DNA of 64,000 bases from an uncultured Pelagibacteraceae bacterium (lineage in GTDB: Bacteria; Pseudomonadota; Alphaproteobacteria; Pelagibacterales; Pelagibacteraceae). Both the position numbers and the translations under genes were made by a program. Shown here in pieces: positions 29,754 to 38,558 of the stretch (position 1 is its first letter; each line of letters begins with the position of its first letter). The stretch spans positions 48,503 to 112,502 of the forward strand of contig CACKHN010000001.1 in the NCBI GenBank assembly GCA_902599995.1, read 5' to 3'. The notes below the pieces were generated by a model. The model searched no databases. It saw only the letters and a list, made by a program, of their open reading frames with translations, and was not told the DNA's origin.

Positions 29754-31229
29754 TTAATTTTTTTGTCTTCTCAGGAATGCTGGTATCTCAAGATCGTCCT
29801 CTTCATCTTCTTCGGAGGATAATAAATCTTCTGGAGTTGAATTAACTGTTTCAGTGCTGAATAAATCTGGAGATTCAGAATCTACTCCAAATTCTTTTAA
29901 GTCATTTGAAACATCATTAACGCTGTCTGGTATATTAGAATTATTCATTGTTTCAATAGCCTCTTGTGTAAAGGATTTCTCCATTTCATTGATAGTTGCA
30001 TCCTCTAAAACTTTCTCCGTCTCAAGATTGTTGCTCTGTAAAACCTCATCATTTGTAAAATTTGTTTGAGAAGTTTCACTTTGATGCTCTTGAACAACTT
30101 CATTTTCAAGCTTTAAAGCATTAGCACCATGTGAAATTGGATTTGAAGCTGAGTTTGAAAAATTAAATGATGCTGATGAACCCATGTTAGAAAAATCTGA
30201 GTAACCAGGGTTTCGATTTTGTATTCTATGAACCATATTTATAACTGATTTAGTTTCTGGTTGTTGGCCATCTAAAGAGGTTGCAACAATTGAAACTCTC
30301 ATTTTTCCATCTAGCTCTGTATCTGTAATTGCGCCAATAATTAGTTCAGCTTCAGGGTCAACTTCAGCTCTCACTTTATTGACCGCTTCATCAACTTCAA
30401 AAAGTTTAAGGTCTTTGCCACCTGTAATATTTACTAATAATCCTTTTGCCCCCTTTAAAGTATAATCATCAATCAAAGGATTACTGATGGCCATCTCTGC
30501 AGCTTTAATAGCTCTACCTTCACCTTCTGCTTCTCCTGTTCCCATCATTGCTTTACCCATTGAGGCCATAACAGTTTCTACATCTGCAAAATCTAAGTTT
30601 ATCAGACCAGGTCTGACCATTAGATCAGTAATACTTTGAACACCGTGCATTAAGACATTATTTGAAAGGTTAAACGACTCTTCAAATGTTGTTTGTTCAT
30701 TTGCTATTTTAAACAAGTTTTGATTTGGAATTACAATTATAGTATCAACGTGTTTTCTCAATTCTTCTAAACCTTGTTGTGCTCTTCTCATTCTTGAAGG
30801 TCCTTCGTATAAAAAAGGAAGTGTTACAACACCCACTGTTAAAATATTTAATTCCTTAGCAGCTCTTGCGATGACATGAGCAGCACCAGTGCCCGTTCCA
30901 CCTCCCATACCTGCTGCGATAAATACCATGTTTGCACCCTGTAACGTATTTACAATTTCATTTAAAGATTCGTCAGCTGCAGCTTGACCAATATCAAGTT
31001 TTGCACCTGCTCCTAAACCTTTAGTTAAATTTAAACCAATTTGAATTCTGGATTTTGCTTTGCTTAACTTTAAATCCTGTGCATCAGTGTTGACTGCAAT
31101 AAATTCTACCCCTTGAAGATTATTTTCAATCATTTCATTAATTGCATTTCCGCCTGCTCCTCCAACTCCCAATACAAGAAGTCTTGGTTGAAGCTCTTTA
31201 ATTTCTGGTGCTTTAAAGTTAATTGTCAT
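29754..31229 (-). CDS. ftsZ: Cell division GTPase FtsZ
   Basis: GGAGGNA, GGGTGTG and INLDFAD motifs; long acidic linker; C-terminal [10 protein letters not shown]. Confidence 0.98.
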   Translation of the reverse strand: MTINFKAPEIKELQPRLLVLGVGGAGGNAINEMIENNLQGVEFIAVNTDAQDLKLSKAKSRIQIGLNLTKGLGAGAKLDIGQAAADESLNEIVNTLQGANMVFIAAGMGGGTGTGAAHVIARAAKELNILTVGVVTLPFLYEGPSRMRRAQQGLEELRKHVDTIIVIPNQNLFKIANEQTTFEESFNLSNNVLMHGVQSITDLMVRPGLINLDFADVETVMASMGKAMMGTGEAEGEGRAIKAAEMAISNPLIDDYTLKGAKGLLVNITGGKDLKLFEVDEAVNKVRAEVDPEAELIIGAITDTELDGKMRVSIVATSLDGQQPETKSVINMVHRIQNRNPGYSDFSNMGSSASFNFSNSASNPISHGANALKLENEVVQEHQSETSQTNFTNDEVLQSNNLETEKVLEDATINEMEKSFTQEAIETMNNSNIPDSVNDVSNDLKEFGVDSESPDLFSTETVNSTPEDLLSSEEDEEDDLEIPAFLRRQKN

Positions 31230-31230
31230 C

Positions 31231-31698
31231 TTAGTTCCCCTCTTTGTTTTTTAAATGTTTTTCCCATTTAAGGCTCGCTCGATTTGAATTTGCTTTTTTT
31301 CTTGCATTTACCTTAAATTTTTCAAACGTTGTCGGTTCCCAAATTTGAAATGTTTGACCCTGACCAACAAATAGCATGCTATTTTTTATCTTAGCATGTT
31401 TTAATAATTTTAATGAAAGTGAAATTCTGCCTTCACTATCAAATTGTAAATTTGTACTTTCAGATAATATTGATGTTGCAAAGTAATCTCTTTTTTCCTC
31501 AAAAGGATTTAAATTATCAATCGCATAAGAAATCTTTTCTATTCGATCTTGAGAGCATGCTTCAATAGAGGAATTGTTAAATGAAGGATAACAAATAACA
31601 CCATTATAACCTAAATTAGATAGATGAGATCTAAAGCTAGCAGGCACTGAAACTCTTCCTTTTTTGTCTAATTTGTTTTCGTAAGTACTTAAAAACAT
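31231..31698 (-). CDS. mraZ: Transcriptional regulator MraZ
   Basis: Two DxxGR motifs (LDKKGR, FDSEGR); heads the dcw cluster. Confidence 0.95.
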   Translation of the reverse strand: MFLSTYENKLDKKGRVSVPASFRSHLSNLGYNGVICYPSFNNSSIEACSQDRIEKISYAIDNLNPFEEKRDYFATSILSESTNLQFDSEGRISLSLKLLKHAKIKNSMLFVGQGQTFQIWEPTTFEKFKVNARKKANSNRASLKWEKHLKNKEGN

Positions 31699-31726
31699 AA
31701 ATTTTATAATATTTTAATTCCATAAT

Positions 31727-31751
31727 TGGGAATACATGGGAATATATGGGT
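31727..31751. promoter_or_regulatory. Three MraZ-box-like TGGG repeats with 10-bp period
   Basis: TGGGA at 31727 and 31737 and TGGGT at 31747 on the plus strand, just upstream of mraZ. Confidence 0.75.
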
Positions 31752-31769
31752 ATTTATATAAGCTGTCAA
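31741..31769 (-). promoter_or_regulatory. Sigma70-type promoter of the mraZ/dcw operon
   Basis: Minus-strand TTGACA (31769-31764), 17-nt spacer, TATATT (31746-31741). Confidence 0.7.
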
Positions 31770-31909
31770 ATATTGAATCTGGCCTATTATTGCTAGAATT
31801 AAACCATTTTTTCTATCCCTGATTAAAATTAAATAGTATTTTTTGTATTTTTAGAATTCAATGATTAGATAAAACAACATGTATCAAGCATTTATGACTC
31901 AAATTAGTT

Positions 31910-32264
31910 TGCCAGATAAACTATAAGCCGGGTTCTGTCATTTAAACTTATCATTTGTCTAGGCTTAAGATCACTCTTAAGCTCAAGCAACTAACCCTGA
32001 TGACTAGCCAAGGAAGGCTTTTAGTCTTGCAACAATGTCATCTCTACTTAGTCTTGCTCCCAGTGGGGTTTTCCAGCGTTCATTGTTACCAATAGAACCG
32101 GTGTGCTCTTACCACACCTTTTCACCCTTGCCATGTTATGGCGGTTTATTTTCTGTGGCACTGTCCCTAGGGTTGCCCCCGCCAGGTATTACCTGGCACT
32201 GTTTCCTTGTAGAGCCCGGACTTTCCTCTTCAACGTATTAAAGCGACAAGTCGTTTATCTGGCA
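31910..32264 (-). ncRNA. rnpB: RNase P RNA (type A)
   Basis: Minus strand has GAGGAAAGTCCGGGC near the 5' end and ACAGAACCCGGCTTA near the 3' end. Terminal P1 helix TGCCAGATAAAC/GTTTATCTGGCA. Confidence 0.95.
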
Positions 32265-32308
32265 GGTACAACTTATAAGTAAACAACAAAATATCAAGAA
32301 AATTTATA

Positions 32309-33049
32309 TTATTTATTAAGCAAGTTTTTACTAATAAATAAGCATTCTTCATCAATTATACCATTTACAAGTTCTTGCCTAAATCTTCTCTGAAATGCAG
32401 TTATCAATAATTTTGAATATTTATATTTATTTGTATCTATTTTTTTCAGGTATCCTATTTTATATAAATTTTTAAAGAAGTTATCTTTATCTATTTCATT
32501 AACTTTTTGATTTCTTTTTTTTAAAAGTTTTTTTTCATTTAAGTTATGCCAAATACCAATTTTTTTTTTTGACAAATATTTCCAGGGAAATTTTTCACCT
32601 GGGTCTTTTTTTCTATTTGGAGCAATATCAGAATGGCCTAATATAGAATTTGGTTGAACTCTATATTTTTTTTTTAAGTATGAACCCAATTTTATAACTG
32701 ATTTAATTTGTTTTTTTGAAAAATTTTTATAGGAATGACCATGACCAGGATTGCTAATCTCTATCCCAATTGAATATTTATTAATTGATTTATATTTTTT
32801 CCAAGATGATAATCCAGCATGCCATGCGGTATATAAATTAGGAACTAAAGTTAATATCTCTCCATTATTTTTTATAAAGTAATGAGAGCTGACTTTTGAA
32901 TTTGGATTGGTTAATTGCATGATAGCTTCATTTTCTTTTTTCATACCAGTGTAATGAAAAATAATAAATTTTATTTCTTTAGGTCTTCTTTTTTTTAGTT
33001 CAAAATTTGGAGAATAATTTAGAGTCGTATCTATATTCATTTTAGTCAT
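32309..33049 (-). CDS. amiD: N-acetylmuramoyl-L-alanine amidase (Amidase_2, AmiD/AmpD-like)
   Basis: FHYT, VSSHY, AWHAG, SIGIE and GHSDIAPNRKKDPG motifs; C-terminal PG-binding AFQRRFR. Confidence 0.85.
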   Translation of the reverse strand: MTKMNIDTTLNYSPNFELKKRRPKEIKFIIFHYTGMKKENEAIMQLTNPNSKVSSHYFIKNNGEILTLVPNLYTAWHAGLSSWKKYKSINKYSIGIEISNPGHGHSYKNFSKKQIKSVIKLGSYLKKKYRVQPNSILGHSDIAPNRKKDPGEKFPWKYLSKKKIGIWHNLNEKKLLKKRNQKVNEIDKDNFFKNLYKIGYLKKIDTNKYKYSKLLITAFQRRFRQELVNGIIDEECLFISKNLLNK

Positions 33050-33136
33050 AAATTTAGGCTATTTATAAACACTTTATGGACATTTTTTAAATTTAAATGC
33101 TATTTAATAATTAAGATATTTATAATATATTTATTC

Positions 33137-33937
33137 ATGTTTAAAAAATTTGTAATAACAATATTTTCTGTTTTTTTATTGTCTTTTAATGCTATTGCAG
33201 CATCTGATGGTGAATTAGCATTATCAGGAAATGAAAAACCAGAAAAAATAAAAGACTGTTTTGAAAAACTTAATAGAGCAACTTTTTCATTTAATCAAGG
33301 TTTGGATAAAGCTATTTTCAAACCATTAGCAAAAGGTTACAGAAATTTACCTGATCCAATACAAAAAGGAACAGGTAATGCAGTTAGAAACTTATCTAAT
33401 TTAATAACAATACCTAATAATGTTTTACAAGGAGATATAAAAACTGCAGTTATCAATACTGGAAGATTAGTTGTGAACACAACCATTGGATTATTAGGAA
33501 CTATTGATATGGCAAATAAAATGGGTTTTCCTAAATATATTAAAGAGGATTATGGACAAACTTTGGGAGCGTGGGGTGTAGGTCCAGGTTGTTATTTAGT
33601 TCTTCCAGTTTTAGGACCATCTACAGTCAGAGACACGGCTGGGTCTTTTGTTAATGTGCTAGGTGGAGATCCATGGTACAATGCATCAATACATGGTAAC
33701 AACGAGTTTTTGAGCGAAGGTCTTTTTATTACTTCAAAAGCTCTTAGCGGTATTGACTTTAGGGCAAATAATATTGAGTCAATAGATAATCTTGAGAGTA
33801 ATTCAATAGATTTTTATGCTTCTGTAAAAAGTTTATATTTACAAGATAGAGAAAATAAAATTGAAAATCAAACAAGAGGAAATATAGAAGTTATTTATAA
33901 AAATGAGGAAGATTGGGAAGAGATAGATAACCAATAA
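33137..33937 (+). CDS. mlaA: MlaA/VacJ family lipid asymmetry protein
   Basis: FEKLNR, NTTIGLLG, EDYGQTL and LPVLGPSTVRD motifs. Confidence 0.88.
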   Translation: MFKKFVITIFSVFLLSFNAIAASDGELALSGNEKPEKIKDCFEKLNRATFSFNQGLDKAIFKPLAKGYRNLPDPIQKGTGNAVRNLSNLITIPNNVLQGDIKTAVINTGRLVVNTTIGLLGTIDMANKMGFPKYIKEDYGQTLGAWGVGPGCYLVLPVLGPSTVRDTAGSFVNVLGGDPWYNASIHGNNEFLSEGLFITSKALSGIDFRANNIESIDNLESNSIDFYASVKSLYLQDRENKIENQTRGNIEVIYKNEEDWEEIDNQ

Positions 33938-33959
33938 CCAAAAAAAAACCCAATATTTT

Positions 33960-34544
33960 ATGAAAAAAATTCTAATAATACTATTGCTCTTAAGTTTAAA
34001 ACCTAATTACGTACTGTCTATTGAACCTGATGTATTTGTCCAATCAACTGTAAATAGAGCATCTCAAATTTTATCAAAAAATATATCAAAAGAAGAAAAA
34101 ATGAATGAGTTAAAATCTATCGCAAAAGAGACTGTTGATATAATTGGAGTTGGTCTCTACTCTTTAGGAGCAGCAAGAAAAAATTTAAATGATAACCAAA
34201 AAAATAAATATATAAAATTATTTGAAGCATATTTTCTAAAAAGTTTTTCAAGCAGACTAGCTGAGTACACCAATCCAGAAATAGTGGTAAAAGATAAAAA
34301 GATTTTAAATAAAAACTATACAATCGTAAACAGCTTATTGGTAGAGACACCTGAGAGACCAGAGGTTAAAATTGATTGGAGAGTATATACCAAAGACCCA
34401 AACAACCCATTAATTAGAGATTTAATTATTGAGGGATTAAGTTTAGCAAGGACACAAAAAGAGGAATTTTCATCAATCCTGAGCTCTAATGATGGAAATA
34501 TAGAATCTCTTTTTAAAACTCTTGAACAGTTTTCTAAAAATTAA
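33960..34544 (+). CDS. mlaC: Periplasmic phospholipid shuttle MlaC/Ttg2D
   Basis: Signal peptide, IDWRV and DLIIEGLSL motifs; follows mlaA. Confidence 0.85.
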   Translation: MKKILIILLLLSLKPNYVLSIEPDVFVQSTVNRASQILSKNISKEEKMNELKSIAKETVDIIGVGLYSLGAARKNLNDNQKNKYIKLFEAYFLKSFSSRLAEYTNPEIVVKDKKILNKNYTIVNSLLVETPERPEVKIDWRVYTKDPNNPLIRDLIIEGLSLARTQKEEFSSILSSNDGNIESLFKTLEQFSKN

Positions 34545-34553
34545 TAAAGATTT

Positions 34554-34607
34554 TGGTGGGCCCGCCAGGACTCGAACCTGGGACCAATACATTATGAGTG
34601 TACTGCT
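34554..34607 (-). repeat. Duplicated 3' 54 nt of tRNA-Ile2 (att-like direct repeat)
   Basis: Identical to 36455-36508, including the anticodon arm, T arm and CCA; lacks the tRNA 5' part. Confidence 0.95.
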
Positions 34608-34696
34608 AGAACGAATGATCCGCTTAAAATATAATAAAATTTTTTTAAAACTAGTCTAAAACTTGTATTCAGTGAGTACCTGTGAGAGTCACAGAA

Positions 34697-36352
34697 TTAA
34701 TTCAATTCAATAACCTTTTCTAACAAAACATCACTGTGTTTTTTTTTATTTTTTAACTCTTCGTGTTTTGCTTTTGTATTTAAACAAAATAATTGAATTG
34801 TTGCTGGTCTTCCTATTTTTGCGAGTTCCTTCGTATTATTAATTTTTAGTGGTATATTTTTTGTGCTGACACCATTCGATTTTAAAAAGTTATGTAACGT
34901 TGGTGCTGCAACTGCAAAATTAACGTTTTCAGGGATGTATTCAGCTTCCTCAATCATTGCTAATTTATTCAAACCTGATGAAGCTACACCGACAACTTGA
35001 CCTTCCATATTTAATACAGGTCCTCCACTATTACCTGGTTGGATGGCAGCATCTATTTGAATTTCGGAGTAATTATCATTAAGTCCACTTAAAGAACTTA
35101 CTATGCCTCTTGTAAGTTTTACACTTGAGCTAAGTATACCTCTCAAAGGATATCCAAAAGCTACAATATCTTCACCAAACTCCGCTCCGTCTGACTTGAT
35201 ACTTAAAAAATTTGGACTCTTGTAATCACCTTTTATTAATCCTAAATCATTTACTTGATCAGTCTTTAAAATATTAAAAAATACTTTTTCACCGTCTATT
35301 TTAGTTGCTACTTTTCTACAAATACCAACAACATGTTCATTGGAAACTGCGTGACCAGATGAGCTTACAAAAAATCCTGTTCCAGACCCAATAACGTAGA
35401 GTTTTGCGTTAGCCTCTTTACGTTTCTTTTCCTCTTCCTCTCTTTTTTTCTTAGCCTCAGCTATTTTTCTTTTCTCTTCCTCTAATTTTCTTTTCTCTTC
35501 CTCTATCTTTTTTCTCTCCTCCTCTAATTTAGCAATATCATCTTCAGCTTTAACATTTAATTCATTACCAGTTGCTGAGGCCTCCAAAATTTCTGGAGAC
35601 CATAAAAATTTATTTTCACTGTATTTTACGTAGAAAATTCCATTCTCTGGATAACATCTATTTTGGATTGATCTAAGTGTATCTAATTGCTTGTAATAAC
35701 AAATTTTTTTTCCTGGATGTCTTGCCAAGTAAGCGTCATAAGTTGAGGGCTTTATTGTGTTCCACGAATGTGGAGTGCATTTATTTTTTCTTAATCTTGG
35801 ATAAATTTCTTTGTTAGATTGATCTCTGCAAAAAATAATATCAAGAGTATATTTGTTTAATTTTTTATTTTTTGTTTTTTTATTTACTATAATTTTTAAA
35901 GATTTAGATGGTGATTTTGATAAATATACAAATTTTCCCTTACCACCAACTAGATATAGTTTTGTCTCATTTTTTGAGCAAGTTTCTTTAATGTTGCTAA
36001 TTTTTTTAGTACTATTATTTAAACATATATCATTTGTTAGTGCTTTTCCTTTGGTTATACCATATTTATTTCCTTTGTATCTTTCAGGATTTTTTAATAC
36101 TTGTATATATTGTTCATAGTTTAGATCTAAAACACTGGAAGTAAGCATCACTTTACATGTTACACCTCTGTCCGCAAAAATTAATATTTCATAGAACGTA
36201 CCACTTTCTTTGTTCTCAATATATGTACCATCCTGATTGTAAGCTTGATAAGCACAGATTCTTCCTTCCATTATTTCGCTATCTTCCGCATTAGTATTGG
36301 TGTTTAGGAAGCTAAAAAAAATCAAAAATAAGAATGTTAGTAAAAATTTCAT
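34697..36352 (-). CDS. Exported trypsin-like (S1C-type) serine protease with an unrecognised N-terminal region and a coiled-coil linker
   Basis: Signal peptide; GSGTGFFV, SNEHVV (His), NDLG (Asp), GNSGGP (Ser); (EEEKRKI/L)n linker; no PDZ domain. Confidence 0.85.
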   Translation of the reverse strand: MKFLLTFLFLIFFSFLNTNTNAEDSEIMEGRICAYQAYNQDGTYIENKESGTFYEILIFADRGVTCKVMLTSSVLDLNYEQYIQVLKNPERYKGNKYGITKGKALTNDICLNNSTKKISNIKETCSKNETKLYLVGGKGKFVYLSKSPSKSLKIIVNKKTKNKKLNKYTLDIIFCRDQSNKEIYPRLRKNKCTPHSWNTIKPSTYDAYLARHPGKKICYYKQLDTLRSIQNRCYPENGIFYVKYSENKFLWSPEILEASATGNELNVKAEDDIAKLEEERKKIEEEKRKLEEEKRKIAEAKKKREEEEKKRKEANAKLYVIGSGTGFFVSSSGHAVSNEHVVGICRKVATKIDGEKVFFNILKTDQVNDLGLIKGDYKSPNFLSIKSDGAEFGEDIVAFGYPLRGILSSSVKLTRGIVSSLSGLNDNYSEIQIDAAIQPGNSGGPVLNMEGQVVGVASSGLNKLAMIEEAEYIPENVNFAVAAPTLHNFLKSNGVSTKNIPLKINNTKELAKIGRPATIQLFCLNTKAKHEELKNKKKHSDVLLEKVIELN

Positions 36353-36454
36353 ATCTTGAAAAAATTATATCAAAAAAGTCTTCGTCAAGTGAGTCATATG
36401 TGAGTACCTGACCGGTTGTATTACTTAACGTGATTAAAAAAGTGTTGATTATAT

Positions 36455-36531
36455 TGGTGGGCCCGCCAGGACTCGAACCTGGGACCAATACATTATGAGT
36501 GTACTGCTCTAACCAACTGAGCTACAGGCCC
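36455..36531 (-). tRNA. tRNA with CAT anticodon, most likely tRNA-Ile2 (lysidine)
   Basis: GGGCCTGTAGCTCAGTTGGTTAGAGC-A-GTACA-CTCATAA-TGTAT...GGTTCGAGTCC...GGGCCC-A-CCA. G1-C72 is paired and there is no 3GC anticodon stem, so it is not an initiator. Location downstream of rpoD resembles ileX. Confidence 0.9.
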
Positions 36532-36589
36532 TAAACATTAGATTAGTTATATCATTTTTTTTAAGTTATCAATTAAAGATATTTTATTA

Positions 36590-36664
36590 TGGTGGGCCGT
36601 GTTGGTTACGCTCCAACTACCCCTGCAATGTCAATGCAGTACTCTACTATTGAGCTAACGGCCC
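36590..36664 (-). tRNA. tRNA-Val(GAC) with non-canonical D and T loops
   Basis: All four stems pair, anticodon loop TTGACAT, discriminator A and encoded CCA. D loop is AATAGTA and T loop is AGCGTAA. Confidence 0.8.
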
Positions 36665-36667
36665 GTA

Positions 36668-38491
36668 CTAACTTTCTAAGAAACTTTTGAGTTGTTTTGA
36701 TCTACTAGGATGTTTTAATTTTCTTAGAGCTTTTGCTTCAATTTGTCTAATTCTCTCCCTAGTTACTGAAAACTGCAATCCAACTTCCTCTAGAGTATGA
36801 TCAGTATTCATACCTACTCCAAATCTCATTCTTAAAACTCTTTCTTCTCTTGGTGTCAAAGTAGATAAAATTTTAGTAGTTGCTTCGCCAAGATTTGATT
36901 TGATTGCTTGTTCTAAGGGTGCTAATGCTTTTGTATCTTCAATAAAATCTCCTAAACTGCTGTCCTCTTCATCGCCAACAGGTTTTTCTAATGAAACAGG
37001 TTCTTTTGAAATTTTTAAAACCTTTCTGACTTTATCCAATGGCATTCTAAGCTTTTGAGCTAACTCTTCAGGTGTAGCCTCTCTTCCAAATTCACTTAAA
37101 ATTAATCTTTGTGTTCTTACAATTTTATTGATTGTTTCAATCATGTGGACTGGGATACGAATTGTTCTTGCTTGATCCGCAATAGATCTTGTAATTGCTT
37201 GCCTAATCCACCATGTCGCATAAGTTGAAAACTTATAACCTCTTCTATACTCAAATTTGTCTACCGCTTTCATCAATCCAATATTTCCCTCTTGAATTAA
37301 ATCTAAAAACTGAAGTCCTCTGTTAGTATATTTTTTTGCAATTGAAATAACTAATCTCAAATTTGCCTCGACCATCTCTTTTTTAGCAATTCTTGACTCT
37401 TTCTCACCTTTTTGAACTCTACTTACAAGTTTTTTAAAATCTGTAACCGATATTCCAAGCTTATGACTTATTTCAATTAATCTTTCTCTAATATTTTTAA
37501 ATTCCTCTTTATTTTTTGTAAAAAATTGTTTCCAAACATTATTTGTATCCAGGAATTTTTTAAAATTTGGATTGATTTCATTACCAATATAAAATTTGAT
37601 AAATTCGTTTCTTGGAATTTTGTGATCCATGGCTAGTCTTAGGAGATTACCTTCTAAGGAAACAATTTTTTTATTTTCAATATAATGCTTTTGCACAAGC
37701 TCCTCTAAAACTGATGGTGATAGTTGAAGAGATTTAATATTTTCTAAAATATCATTAACAATTTTATGATAACCTTTTTCTTTTGCAGAAGAAAAGTTTT
37801 GTGAATTTAAAATACAATTTAGTTTTTCTTTTTGATATTTTGTTAGTTTTGTATATTCTTTAGTCAGTGTGTGGACGGTTTTTAAAACTTTTGGCTTAAT
37901 CTCGGTTTCCATTGCTGCAAGAGTGGGATTAAAATCGTCATCCTCATCAGAAGCAACTCCCCCTTTATCAGTTTCACCTGCATTTTTTTGCTTTGCGCTT
38001 GGACCTGTTGACTCATCTTCCATATAGTTTGTATCAATATCTATAATTTCTCTTACTAAAATTTCATCTTTTTGTAATTTTTCATTCCATTCAAAAAATT
38101 GTTGAGCAGTTATTGGGCTTTGTGAGAGAGCAATTAACATTACATCTTTTCCCGCCTCAATTCTTTTCGCAATTGCAATTTCACCTTCTCTAGAAAGAAG
38201 TTCCACACCACCCATTTCACGTAAGTACATCCTGATAGGATCATCACTTTTTTCTATTGTTTTGCCTTCTTCTTTATTTGAATTATCTTTTTTTCTTAGA
38301 ACTTTAAAATCAGATTTTTTTTCTACTAATGAAACATTTTCATCCAAAATGTGAATAAACGCTTGAGCCAAGTTATCATCTGATAAATTTCTTTTTCCAA
38401 GCGATTTACTTAACTCCTCATATGTTATGAAACCCCTGTGGGTTCCACGACCCATTAATCTAGCAAATGATTTTGTTATAATTCTTTCCAC
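36668..38491 (-). CDS. rpoD: Primary sigma factor
   Basis: [38 protein letters not shown] and [15 protein letters not shown] motifs. Confidence 0.98.
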   Translation of the reverse strand: MERIITKSFARLMGRGTHRGFITYEELSKSLGKRNLSDDNLAQAFIHILDENVSLVEKKSDFKVLRKKDNSNKEEGKTIEKSDDPIRMYLREMGGVELLSREGEIAIAKRIEAGKDVMLIALSQSPITAQQFFEWNEKLQKDEILVREIIDIDTNYMEDESTGPSAKQKNAGETDKGGVASDEDDDFNPTLAAMETEIKPKVLKTVHTLTKEYTKLTKYQKEKLNCILNSQNFSSAKEKGYHKIVNDILENIKSLQLSPSVLEELVQKHYIENKKIVSLEGNLLRLAMDHKIPRNEFIKFYIGNEINPNFKKFLDTNNVWKQFFTKNKEEFKNIRERLIEISHKLGISVTDFKKLVSRVQKGEKESRIAKKEMVEANLRLVISIAKKYTNRGLQFLDLIQEGNIGLMKAVDKFEYRRGYKFSTYATWWIRQAITRSIADQARTIRIPVHMIETINKIVRTQRLILSEFGREATPEELAQKLRMPLDKVRKVLKISKEPVSLEKPVGDEEDSSLGDFIEDTKALAPLEQAIKSNLGEATTKILSTLTPREERVLRMRFGVGMNTDHTLEEVGLQFSVTRERIRQIEAKALRKLKHPSRSKQLKSFLES

Positions 38492-38558
38492 AGCAATAAA
38501 AGTTTGGAAGTCTTATATAATATCAAATCAGCAAAAATCCATGAATAAATTAGCTATA

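Larger units (their letters stand above)
34554..36508. mobile_element. tRNA-integrated single-gene genomic islet without an integrase
   Basis: Bounded by 54-bp direct repeats of the tRNA 3' end. GTGAGTACCTG lies inside both ends (34672, 36400). One cargo gene. Confidence 0.8.

Noticed and set aside
32035-32241. 68-aa ORF in the track
   Set aside because: It is antisense to the RNase P RNA and open only because of that RNA's higher GC content.
33093-33107. TTAA-N7-TTAA CtrA-like box between amiD and mlaA
   Set aside because: An all-A/T motif is expected often by chance here; there is no independent support.
34554-34607. Possible additional tRNA gene
   Set aside because: It lacks the 5' acceptor strand and most of the D arm; it is the att duplicate.
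35410-35545. Purine/pyrimidine-biased quasi-repeats
   Set aside because: They encode the E/K/R coiled-coil linker of the protease and are not a CRISPR array or VNTR.
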